64,000 nucleotides of DNA, taken from assembly GCF_009914755.1 (NCBI RefSeq), contig NC_060925.1. One strand, 5' to 3'. This DNA is from the human T2T-CHM13v2.0 reference genome, Homo sapiens. The position numbers were made by a program, and so were the translations under genes. The notes beneath the pieces were generated by a model, which worked only from the letters and a program-made list of their open reading frames with translations, was not told where the DNA came from and ran no database searches. Of this stretch, positions 49,495 through 60,574 are shown piece after piece; position 1 is the first letter of the stretch; every line of letters begins with the position of its first letter.

Positions 49495-49830
49495 AGTTGG
49501 CCCCTTATCCCCAGGTTCTGCATCCACAGAGTCAACCAACTGTGGATCGAAAATATTTAGGGGGAAAAAAAACTACAACAATAAAAAATAATACATGCCA
49601 AATGTGGTGGCTCACACCAAAATCCCAGCATTTTGGGAAGCCGAGGCAGGAGGATTGCTTAAACCTAGGAGTTTGAGACCAGCCTGGGCAATGTCGTGAC
49701 ATCCAGTCTCCACACACAAAAAAAGTTTTTATTAAAAAAAATATAAATTTTAGTAATCTAAAGATGATTTAAACTATACTGAAGGATGTGCATAGGTTAT
49801 ATGCAAATATTGTGCCATTTTATATTTGCT
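49495..49830. mobile_element. MER2/Tigger-family fragment interrupted by a FLAM (49596-49723)
   Basis: GTTCTGCATCCACAGAGTCAACCAACTGTGGATCGAAAATA...GGATGTGCATAGGTTATATGCAAATA flanking a left Alu monomer. Confidence 0.75.
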
Positions 49831-49949
49831 CAATAATTATTGTCTGATTTGAAGCTGCCACTTGGAAGTGGGAGAGAGAAACCAATATGTTATTTTTCTT
49901 TAGTAATCTACCAACTCTCCCTTTCTATTCAATAGGCTGTTACAGTAAT

Positions 49950-50285
49950 ACATTTACTGAGAGTTTGTTATGGGTCATTCACTCTGCTAGACACTTTGCA
50001 TAGTCTTATTATCCTCCTACAAAATGGGTGCTAGTATTGTCATTTGCAGATGAAGAAACCAGAGCTAAGAAAGGTTACATTCCTGACCCTGTATCCTTGC
50101 TTCTCAAACAGTGGTCTAGTGATCAGCAGCATTCACATCACCTTGTGGGTGGGAGCTTGCTAGAAAAGCACAATCCCAGAACTCAACCCTTCCACCCACT
50201 GCCCCCAACAGAATTAGAACCTGAGTGTTACGAGATCACCAGGTGACTGGTGTGGACGTGAGGCCACGGGAAGCAGTGCCCTAGT
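49950..50285. mobile_element. MIR followed by MER5A-like hAT fragment
   Basis: MIR core to ~50085, then TTCTCAAACAGTGGTC...CAGCAGCA...GGAGCTTGCTAGAAA. Confidence 0.6.
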
Positions 50286-50559
50286 TTCGGTGCCCTGAGC
50301 GGTGGGTGGCTGTGCCAGCCAGCACCTCAACCCAGTCTGGCTCCAGACATCACCTTCTTGTGCTGGCTCTTCTTATTCCCTCATGTTCTCCAGGCAGCTT
50401 TCTGTGGACCCCAGTGTTACTTTTGGGAGGGATGGAAGTTGTCCGTGTCTCAAAACTAGAACGTTAATAGTATCCTTTTGGACTTGAGTTCTGGGTAACT
50501 TACTGTTTCTTTTCTGTTTTTTTCCTGTGCATCTTTATCTCCTACCATCATCATTCCAG

Positions 50560-50699
50560 GAGGTCCCAACCACAGCTTCCTCCTATGTGGACAGTGCTCT
50601 GAAGCCCTTATTCCAGCTTCAGAGCGGACACAAGGATAAGCTCAAACAAGCAATAATTCAGCAGTGGCTAGAAGGCACTCTCAGTGAAAGCACTCATAA
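50560..50699 (+). CDS. COG2: COG2 exon 16 (EVPTTASSYVDSALKP...W634...ESTH)
   Basis: ttccag|GAG ... AA|gtaagt; 140 nt. Confidence 0.95.
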
Positions 50700-51706
50700 G
50701 TAAGTAAATTAAAAGCAGACCTTGTGGGCCTTGCTTAGAAGAGTCTGCGGCAGAAACCCCCAAGGCAATCAAGCACTGCGTATGGATAAGGCAGTGAGAC
50801 TGCCTAGCACTTCTTCACTGGATTAGTCAGAGTGTGTGTCCCACTGTTTGCTTCCTCCCTCCCCACACCCTTGTGGACGGCCTGTGGGCTGGCTTCCTCT
50901 GCCTGGGCTTCAGCCTCGGGGCCGGGCCATGTGCACAGTGCCCCCGCATCTCCAGGCCCTGCCTGCGTTCCCTGCAGGTGCCGTTCTCCCAGGTCCAGCC
51001 ACATTCTTCTGGGAGGCCCTTTCGTTACTCAGACCCTGTCAGTCCAAAGTGGCTCTAATCATAACAGATACTCAAAGGACTTAGGTTGGTGAAACCCTTG
51101 TAATCAAGGAAGAGAAAACATACATTTAAAAGTAATTACAGCTGACAAGGACTCGATTCCTAAAACCTCTAAAACACTTGATTGTCTTTTTCTAATGAAA
51201 TTTGCTTTTCCCAAATCAAAAAGTGTGTTACTCAATTTTGTTACCAATTTTGTTTAATTATTAAATATTAATTTTGCAGTAATATTTTATTTACTTAAGA
51301 TTTAAGTGGCCATTTATGGGTTAATTTAGAACATAACAATGATGTATAATACAGTTTTTGTGGGCAAATGTATTTCAGATGCCAAGTAACCAGCTTGTAG
51401 ACAAAGCTTTGAAATATAACTCATTTATAATTTGAAAATTATATTGCAAGTATTTTGAAGGCAATGAGCTTTATTTAAAATTCTGAAATACTTTTACACT
51501 CTAAAAGATGAACTGTTCCTAGAACTGATTGGAAATGAACTTGTTACTTGATCTGGGGCATGAACTACAGATGTCCACCCTCGATACATGAAAGACAAAA
51601 TTGGTCTATAGTTTTCTCCATGTTCAGGATTAAAAATTTAAGCAAAATCCACACACACACATATTTCTTAAATTCTGAGGGAATGCTATGTTAGACACTT
51701 AAGACC

Positions 51707-51768
51707 ATATGTGTGTGTGTGTATATATATATACGTATATACATGTATATATATACACATATATATAT
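51707..51768. repeat. Compound (TG)/(TA) microsatellite
   Basis: Direct reading. Confidence 0.85.
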
Positions 51769-51929
51769 AAAATGATCTTAAGAAACTTAAATACTTACCG
51801 TGGTTGAATTTTCGTTGGAAGTGAATTTTTATCTTAAAAATCTCTTTTTTTGGTCCACAAAGCCAGTTACTCTATTTGGTGTTACACACAAATGCCTCTT
51901 TTCACCAATAAACGTGTCTTCTATTCAAG

Positions 51930-52110
51930 GTACTATGAAACCGTGTCAGATGTATTAAACTCTGTGAAGAAGATGGAAGAGAGCCTGAAAAGGCTGAAAC
52001 AAGCCAGAAAAACCACTCCCGCCAACCCCGTCGGTCCCAGTGGTGGCATGAGCGACGACGACAAAATCAGGCTGCAGTTGGCCCTAGATGTTGAGTACTT
52101 GGGAGAGCAG
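51930..52110 (+). CDS. COG2: COG2 exon 17 (YYETVSDVLNSVKKMEESLKRLK...MSDDDKIRLQLALDVEYLGEQ)
   Basis: ttcaag|G ... CAG|gtaacc; 181 nt; conserved SDDDKIRLQL motif. Confidence 0.96.
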
Positions 52111-53273
52111 GTAACCCATCAGCCGCCGGCAGCTCCAGCGAGCCTGAAACCAAATTCTGAGAGCCGGGCAGTTACTTGGTGGCTCGCGTGATCCCAGAGA
52201 TGCTGTCGCAGTGGCTAGGGAATTGCTTCCTGTGTTAAGACTAGGAGTCGGGGCTCCCAAATTACTTTGCCCCTAGGCAGTATGAGACGGCAATATGAGA
52301 ATTCCCGTTTTGAAGTCTGGTGGCGTGCTCTCTGGTGCTGTTGCCATCTGCTTGTTTCCCCAGTGCCCATGCTCACGGAGCTCACTACAGTGAGACTTTT
52401 TGGTCCAGTGCCTGATACTTAATTGGTGCGAACCCCAGGCTTTTGAAATGCTTGCTGGTTTAGCTTAAAATAACTGAAAGCATTACCCCTCTATGGTGCA
52501 TGAGAAATCCTTTGAGCATAACTTCTCTGCTTCCCTGCTTGGCCTTTGTAGCTTTCCTATAAAACACAAATTTTAGAATCATGGCACGTAGTTGAATGGT
52601 AATGTGGATATTATCACTTAAGAGGTGATATGGATAAGGTGCAATGAATGTCTTTTCATTTTTCACTGAGGTGAAAATGAAATTTCACCATAAAATGAAA
52701 TTTTATGATACTGTGAGGACAGTATCATAAAACCTCTAGATGTTCAGAAACTGGCCTTCTAAACTGTTAAAGCGTCGCACATAGTAGTAGGTCCTCAAGG
52801 GAGGCCTTTCCACAGGGAAAAAAAGTGAAATCATAAAGTTTCCACAAGAGGACACTTGGTGGTGTTTTGGAGAACTGATACAATGTTAATAGAAAAAGAA
52901 AAAAAAAAAAGCAGTCAAAACAAGACACTTGATTTTCTAGCTCACTAAGGAATTTCTTTTACACATCATGATCATCACTGAAAATTCAACTTTTTTCTGC
53001 TTTGAGATGAATTTAGAGATATATCCCGGTAAAAGTCAACTGCCATGTTTCTTTATTTGGCAAAAAAACCCAAAGACTTTTTACAAGCAAGAAAGTATGT
53101 TATAGAAACGTGAAGAGCCAATGAGCAAAAGAAAGGGAAGGAAGGAATGAGAGTGGGATAGGGAACTAAAAGGAAAGAGAGGGGAAAGAAAAGGTGCTCC
53201 CGCAGTCTCGGTCCCCAGAACAAACCACAAAATGCTGGCAGAGACTTGGTGTGTATCTTCCCGGATCTTTCTC

Positions 53274-53332
53274 TGTGCGTGTGTGTGGTGCGTGTGTGTG
53301 TGTGCGTGTATGGATGTATACGTGTGTGTGTG
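53274..53332. repeat. Imperfect (TG)n
   Basis: Direct reading. Confidence 0.8.
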
Positions 53333-53837
53333 TTGTTATTGTCGTTTTTAAACAAAAGTGGGAACGTAGTGTGCCATGTCTCGGTGACCAAAATAATCCA
53401 CGGTAGTTGCTTTGCCAAACAAAGTGTTTTCAACTCATCTGATTCTAAAAGGTTTTTGGCAATATGTTAAGAAACTAAGAGCACAGACCAGTACTTTTTT
53501 GAAAATTCTCTACTTAAAAGTTCACTTTTTTATTTCCTCTAGTGTGGATTTTCTTTTCTGGAATTTTTTTAGGCCCACAAAAGAGGCTTTTATTCTGTCT
53601 GATTTGATGAACTGAGATAAATTAACATACTGGCTTCTTAGAATGCTAAGTGTTTGACCCCAAAATCCTCACGTTTTACAACAAGTAAATCCTTTGCTCT
53701 AGAGGAAAAAATATCCTACAAGTCTTCAGGGAACTGTCTTCTGGTTTAGTAGAGGATGAAGATTTTCTTTCTTTTTTTTCCCCCCCCATATTCAGCTTGA
53801 ATTGCAGTAACATAATTCATTCTCATGGCCTTTGCAG

Positions 53838-53939
53838 ATACAAAAGTTGGGACTACAAGCAAGTGACATAAAAAGCTTCTCAGCTCTCGCAGAGCTTGTT
53901 GCTGCTGCCAAGGACCAGGCAACAGCAGAGCAGCCTTAG
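53838..53939 (+). CDS. COG2: COG2 exon 18 coding part (IQKLGLQASDIKSF...ATAEQP*)
   Basis: ttgcag|ATA ... CCT TAG; 102 nt. Confidence 0.95.
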   Translation: MQKLGLQASDIKSFSALAELVAAAKDQATAEQP

Positions 53940-54256
53940 GCATCTTGGAAGATCCCGAGGTTAGATTCTTAAGCAAGAGAAGAGTTGGACTTCCAGGCTG
54001 AAGGGGAGAAAGTGACTCTGTTCTCTTAGCAACCGTCTGTAGCAAAGAAGTGCTTCCAGCATCACTCCAGCAACACGCCCATGCGTCTTCTCTCAGCGTA
54101 TTTGGGTCTTCTTTGCCCAAAAGAACACAAAAGCCTTTTTCCATTGTATGGAAGATAGTTTTTAAGACATTTGAAACTTTCTACTATAGTTTACAGAACA
54201 AATTATTTTATTTTTATTGTAAATCTTAGTGTGGAAGAGCTGATTTCTAAAATATG

Positions 54257-54550
54257 ATTAAAGTAAATATATACCTATGAATATCAAGAGTCGTCTCCCT
54301 GAGCCTGTAGTTGGAAGTGACGACTGTAATGGAATGATGTCTTGTATAGAAATGCCCTTCTCTGAAATAAAGAGAACTCCTGGGCTTTCTAAAGAGGCTG
54401 CGGGAAGCCATCCTCCACTCCCACTGTGTGTGAGAGCAGTGCTTCTGATCCTGCTGTCACCCCGACCTCTGGCAGGAGCCGGCGCCAGTAGGAAAGACCT
54501 CCTTCCTAAATAAAAGAAGTGTCTCCCTGAGTGTGTGCTCGTTTTCTTTG
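54257..54550 (+). terminator. COG2: COG2 polyadenylation signals
   Basis: ATTAAA 54257-54262, AATAAA 54366-54371 and AATAAA 54509-54514. The last is followed by a GU/U-rich element GTGTGTGCTCGTTTTCTTTG (54531-54550). Confidence 0.75.
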
Positions 54551-55550
54551 GGAATTCCCCACCAGGGAAGCACTCCTCGTCACTCATGCCCTGTAATGAC
54601 ACACATTCCCTTCCAGGCGGATGCTCCTCTTAGCACTGATGGGAAGGGTCCTGGCCAGCACTGACCCTTTCTTTCGATGTGTGGAAGTTCCTTTCCTTGG
54701 AGGGGTAACACCTTCCTTAGGAGTCGGCAGGCCCTTCCTGGCAAGCTGATGTGGGTAGAAGGAAAGAAGACTGCCCTGAGAAGAAGAGATGGAAGCACTG
54801 GGGAGAGGCACTCCAAGACTGGTTGGTTGGTTGAACTCACATAGGCAGCATGGAGTGCCGTGCAGCCCCCGCCTAGCTGTGGCTTGGGCCCTCCCAGCCT
54901 GATGAGGAGCTGGAAGCAGCTATGTTGAGTCCTTAGTCTTGCATTCCCGTGCATCTCAGTCCCTTCTTTGTTCAAAGGTTAGCCCTGGGGAGAGGAAGTA
55001 AATGGTAGGGAATGAGAGCAGGTCCTGTAGTTAGCAGGCTTGAGTTTTTTAGCACAGACCGGGATGAGGAGGGCTAGAGAAGTCAGAGGAAACCCCAGTG
55101 GTGAAAGCACCAAGAGCCAGGTGTGTGTGGAGCCCCAGGGGCTTCCACGCAGCCCCCAGCCTGCCACAAAGAGGGGCTTGCACTTTCTGTTTGCAGGTAA
55201 CAGACACTGGACAGTGGCGCCCTGTGTAGAGAGCATCTGCTTTGGGCTTAGGACTGGAGGCCCTGCCCCTGGAGGGGGAAGTGTCCAGTTCTGGAGTTCA
55301 CTGTTGGGAAATTTGGTCAGTGACAGAACCATGGGAGAGAGACAGAGAAGGGATTTCTTCTCAGGGCTTGACCTCCCTGGTGTGGGAGCCGGCTCACCTG
55401 GCAGGGCTGTGGTAGGGTGGGGTACCATCAGCAGGGGGCCAGCGGAAGGAAAGACGGGCGTGCAGTGGGGGAGAGAGAATGAACTGGAACCCGTGGGGAT
55501 AAATGGAGCCCGCATCTGGCTCTTGCTGCCTCCTGGTCTCCCCATTTCAG

Positions 55551-55928
55551 TGATGGGGTGATGTGCAGAGGAAGCTGCACATGCACTTGGCCCAGCATTC
55601 AGGGAAGCTGAAGGAAGAGACCCAGCAGGAGCTGGAGGAGTTGCATGCCTGCCTCCCGCCCCAAGCCAGCAGGAGAGCCTGCAGCTCTGAGTCAATATGC
55701 AAGAGCTGCAGTGGAGCCTGGGCTGCAGCAGCCTGCTGCATATCAGCATGCAGCCACCCCACCCCACCTCCTGCAGCTGTTTCCTGTGACCAAGGCCAAC
55801 CTCAAACCATCCCAGGAAGGGAGTCGTGGGGAACACAGGTCCAGCCTCGCTAAGCCGATCCAGTGCAAAGCTACCTCAGTAGCCACATGGAGGTAAACTA
55901 CTTCCTCCACTCCAGCCTTCATCAATAG
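55551..55928 (+). pseudogene. Decayed apolipoprotein A-IV-like terminal exon (frameshifts, stops, internal deletions)
   Basis: Pyrimidine tract plus CAG acceptor at 55550. Translation GDVQRKL/HMHLAQHSGKLKEETQQELEELHACLPPQA parallels human APOA4 GDLQKKL...[30 protein letters not shown] (from memory). Further matching blocks lie downstream. Confidence 0.75.
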
Positions 55929-56315
55929 ACCCCAAATGTTTGTCCCCATCTCCCTGAGTGCTCTGCCCTTCTCATTTATTTTAGAACATAGGAGGAGAGG
56001 GTTATGACTTAACAGCCCATCCAACTCCAGCATTATTATTCTCATTTTACAGATGAGGAAACGGACAGCTTAGGTCATCAAGATAACTAATAAGTAGGGT
56101 TGAAACCCAAGCAAGATAATTCCAGAGCCTGGTTTACTAATTGTTACATAATTCTTCATCCCTAAAATCAGCACTACAACAAAGTTGACAGTCAAGAATT
56201 GGAACGCAAGTTGTTGATTTCTTTGACCCTGTCAAGCCCCAGGCTGGCCCTGGACTCAGCACACTGCCTTTCTCAGTGACAGCCCTGATGCCATAACACC
56301 TATTTCTAAGAAACA

Positions 56316-56612
<297 letters not shown>

Positions 56613-56945
56613 TTAAGTAAAGTGAAAGGCTTCAGAGCCTTTGTCCATGGTTCCCCCAGAACATCTCTCCTTTCTTTGGTATGTGTTTTATTTGCTTTGC
56701 TTTGGAGAAATTACTATTGAATAAAGCTTAAAGATGAAATAATACTTACATACTGTAAACCTGTCATTAGTTTCAATTTTTCTAATATACAGACTCAAAA
56801 GTGGGTGTCAGCCACAGGAGAAGTTTTTTTTGTTCTACTATAATGCTGCTGGGGAGGCCATGAGTAGGTCATTCGGGGACCCAGGCTGACTGGAAGTCAG
56901 CCATCTCCATCCTATGGCTTCCAAGTTCACCCTGGAGGAACCTCC

Positions 56946-57368
56946 TGCATTCATTTCTAGGGCTGCCGTAACAAATTACCACAAGTGTGGTGGCTGGAAA
57001 CAACAGAAGTGCATTCTCTCACAGTTTTGAAAAGTCTAAACTCATGGCGTCAGCCGGGCCGTGCTCCCCCTGAGGGCTCTAGGGGAGATTCCTCGCCTCC
57101 TCCAGCGTCCTGTGGCTGGAGGTGTTCCTTGGCTACGGCAGCATCACCCCAGTCTCTGCCTCCGTCTTCACGTGGCCTTCTCCCCTTCTGACTGATAGAG
57201 ATACTGTCATCAGATTCAGGACTCACCTGGTTAATCCAGGATGATCGCATCTTGAGATTCCTTGCTTAATTGCATCTGCAAGGACCCTTTTCCAAATGTG
57301 TTCACATTCACAGGCTCCAGGGGATGGGATGTGGACATATCTTTTTGAAGGCCACCATTCAGCCCACT
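56946..57368. mobile_element. MaLR LTR (MLT1C-like)
   Basis: AGGGCTGCCGTAACAAATTACCACAA...CCAGTCTCTGCCTCCGTCTTCACGTGGCC...ATCCAGGATGATC...CATTCAGCCCAC. Confidence 0.8.
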
Positions 57369-58460
57369 CCCCCTCCACTGCAACCTACCAGAAAGGGAGA
57401 AGAGTGTGATGGGGGCGCCCAGGGTGTGGCTCTGGCCCCAGTTTGGGTGAGCACAAAATCCTTCCCCCTCACTCCAGTGTGTGGCGCTCAGGCACGTGGG
57501 GCCTGGAACTGTAGTTTTAGCTGTGTGTCCAGGAAGGAGAGAAAGAAAAAAAGGATTTGGAACTTCTGTAGATGAACTCCCCAATCTCTCATCTGGGGTC
57601 TTTTTTGGTAATTCCTCGCAGCTCCCTAGAACTGCTATATGGAGTTGCCCATATGAGAACCGCACAGTCACCAAGCTGTGCTGCCATGGCTTAATGATCC
57701 TAGTGATGGAATAAAAGCAGGGTCACTCAGGAACTCTGTAGTGCAGGAGGTAAGGGCTGATTTTCCTTTGCGGGGCCCTTTTGAAACAACCATGAAGCTC
57801 TCTGGTACTGGGGTCTAGATGTCACTCTAACAGCAGCAACAGCACTGGTGGTGCAGTAATTGGAGCCAGCATGGCTGAGTCATTGACAACGTGGACACCT
57901 CCATGGTGTGTTCATGTCTCAGAACTCAAAAGCAGTGATCAACTGCAGATGCTGAACTGTTAGATTCTTAAGCAAGATCTGTTAGGGGTCCCCGTTTGAA
58001 GGCAGTGTTATTTTCTCTGTTCATGGCATCTGAATAGATCTGGTGGATCTCTCCCTCCCTATCAGCAGCCAGGCAGTCCAGTCCGTTCGAGCAGTTGGTG
58101 AAAAGCAGGGCTTTGCCAGTTGGCAATCCTCCTCTCTGTGTAAGACCTCAGCCTCAGCGCCCTAAAGGAAACGCTGTCTGTCTTTTGAGATGTGCAGACA
58201 TTCTTGGTGCTGCCCGTGAGTCTCAGTTTTTACCCTGAAAATATCCTGCTACTTTTGATCAGCCACTAAGCTTCGTGTTGGATGGCTGTGAACATCTGTA
58301 AATTGTTGAGTGAAGGAAGTGTTACCTTCATTTGATTGCGAAAGTTTCTCCATTTTCCACTCAACCCTCAGCTGGTTTTCATGTGGAGACTGAATTTCAG
58401 AACAATCAGCATTCTCATTTCTCCTTAGCTCTCACTAATCTTGAACTAAAATGTATTATT

Positions 58461-58739
58461 GGCCGGGTGCGGTGTGGCTCACACCTGTAATCCCAGCACT
58501 TTGGGAGGCCAAGGTGAGCGGATCACCTCAGGTCAGGAGTTTTGAGACCAGCCTGGCCAATATGGCGAAACCCTGTCTCTACTAAAAATACAAAAATTAG
58601 CTGGGCATGGTGGCGGGCACTTGTATTCCCAGCTACTTGGGAGGCTGAGGCAGGAGGATTGCTTGAATGCGGTAGGTGGAGATTGCGGTGAGCAGAGATC
58701 GCACCATTGCGCTCTAGCCTGGACAGCAGAGCGAAATTC
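58461..58739 (+). mobile_element. AluS lacking terminal bases and poly(A) tail
   Basis: Dimer ends at ...GAGCGAAATTC and runs directly into unique sequence. Confidence 0.88.
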
Positions 58740-59340
58740 AGAGTGGCATTCTGACTGTTTAAATCTCTTGTGTAATCCAGCTTGATGGCATGTTGGGACC
58801 TGATTGACCCTCCCATCCTGAACAACTGAAAATCGATACTGTGTGAAACAGCGCTGCTCAGTGTCGGATGCCGGCAGTGCAGGGTCCTAGAGAGAAGGGG
58901 CAGGTGGGGGTCCTGCGATGGCCCAGCGTCTAGCATGGAGGGTCTCTGGATGCACAGGAGCATCCAGAGCCCAGCCCATTCCCTGAGAGGAGGCGGTGTG
59001 GAGTTTGGGGACACTGAAGAGGCTGGAACTGGGGGTGCAGAGTAACGGAGAGGAGACAGGTCTGTGGAGCGTCGCTTTGCTTTTGGAGCTGGGTATTGAC
59101 CAGCCCGCCTGTGTAAAGAGGTTGTCAAGGCCAAGGAAAGAATCCCCAGAAAGGAGCAGGTAGAAAAAAGCCCCAGAGCAAAACGGGCCTGGGAAAAGTG
59201 TGTCCAGAGTGGAAAGACGTGGAGGGTGGGGGTATGGCCCCTGCGGTGGAGCCAAATTAACCCGATGTAAAGGGCTGCTCTGAAGCCACCTCACAAAACA
59301 TAGAATCAAGCCTCGAAGGATGACACTCACTCCACGTAAC

Positions 59341-60410
59341 TTTCTGTTTTTCATTTTAGCTGCAGGGTGTACATATGCAGGTTTGTTACATGAATATATT
59401 GTGTGATGCTGAGATTTGGGCTTCAGTGGAACTCGTCACCCAAATAGTGAACATAGTAGCGAGTAGATAATTTTCCAACCCTTGACCTTCTCTTTTCCTC
59501 CCCTTTTTAGAGTCTCCAGTGTCTGTTGTTCCTATATTTATGGCCCAATGTGTACCTAGTGTTTAGCTCCCCCTTATAAGTGAGAACATGTGGTGTTTGG
59601 TTTTCTGTTCCTGCATTAATTTGTTTAGGGTAATGGCCTCTGGCTGTATGTATGTTGCTGCAAATGACATGATTTCATTCTTTGTTATAGCTGCATAGTA
59701 TTCCATGGTGTATATCTACATTTTCTGTATCCAGTCCACCACTGATAGACACCTAGGTTGATTCCATGTCTTTGCTATTGTGAATAGTGCTGTGGTAAAC
59801 ATATGAGTGCATGTGTCTTTTTGGTAGAATGGTTTATTTTCCTCTGGGTGTATATGCAGTAATGGGATTGCTGGGTCAATGGTAATGCTGTTTTTTTGTT
59901 CTTTGAGAAATCTCCAAACTGCTTTATACAGGGGCTGAACTAATTTACAATCCCAGCAACAGTGTGTGTGTTTCCTTTTCTCCTCAGCCTCACCAGCATC
60001 TTTTGTTCCTTTGATTTTTTAATAGCAGGCATTCTGACTGGTGTGAGATGGTATCTCACTGTGGTTTTGATTTTCATCTCTCTGATCATTAGTGATGTTG
60101 AACATTTTTTCAAATTTGTTGGCCGCTTGTGTGTCTTCTTTTGAGAGGTGTCTGTTCATGTCCTTTGCCCACTTTTTAATGGGGTTGTTTTTACTTGTTG
60201 ATTTGTTTAAGTTCCTTATGGATTCTAGATCCTAGACCTTTGTTGGATGCATAGTTACTAATATTTTCTCCCATTCTTTAGTTCATCTGTTTCCTCTGTT
60301 GGTAGTTTCTTTTGCTGTGCAGAAGCTCTTTAGTTTACTTAGTGCCAGTTTTCAATTTTTGTTTCTGTTGTGTTGGCTTTTGAGGACTTAGTCATAAACT
60401 CCTCTCCTGG
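59341..60410 (-). mobile_element. L1 3' end (old L1PA/L1PB type)
   Basis: Antisense L1 3' UTR and ORF2 end, similar to the 10230-11420 copy. Confidence 0.85.
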
Positions 60411-60574
60411 CTCCAGCTAACTTAACAGAAGAATGAGGTTACTCAAGTTCAGGGGTGTGGGCCCTGAGACCCTTACTCTCTTGAAGGGATAGAGTCACTG
60501 ACATGTTTGTGGGTCTATCAGAGTCACTCAGAACATCTCTGATCATTGAGCAACTTTAAAAATTGTGTGGGGTA

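Noticed and set aside
50704-50709. Alternative donor GTAAAT 4 nt after the exon 16 donor
   Set aside because: Weaker than the consensus GTAAGT and would introduce a frameshift or stop.
51907-51912. Intronic AATAAA just upstream of exon 17
   Set aside because: It lies inside the 3' splice-site region, so cleavage would fall in the exon, and there is no clear downstream element.
54979-55836. 285-aa minus-strand ORF as a new gene
   Set aside because: Non-ATG start and low-complexity Pro/Ser/Gly composition. It is best explained as the antisense shadow of GC-rich DNA and the + strand apo-like relic.
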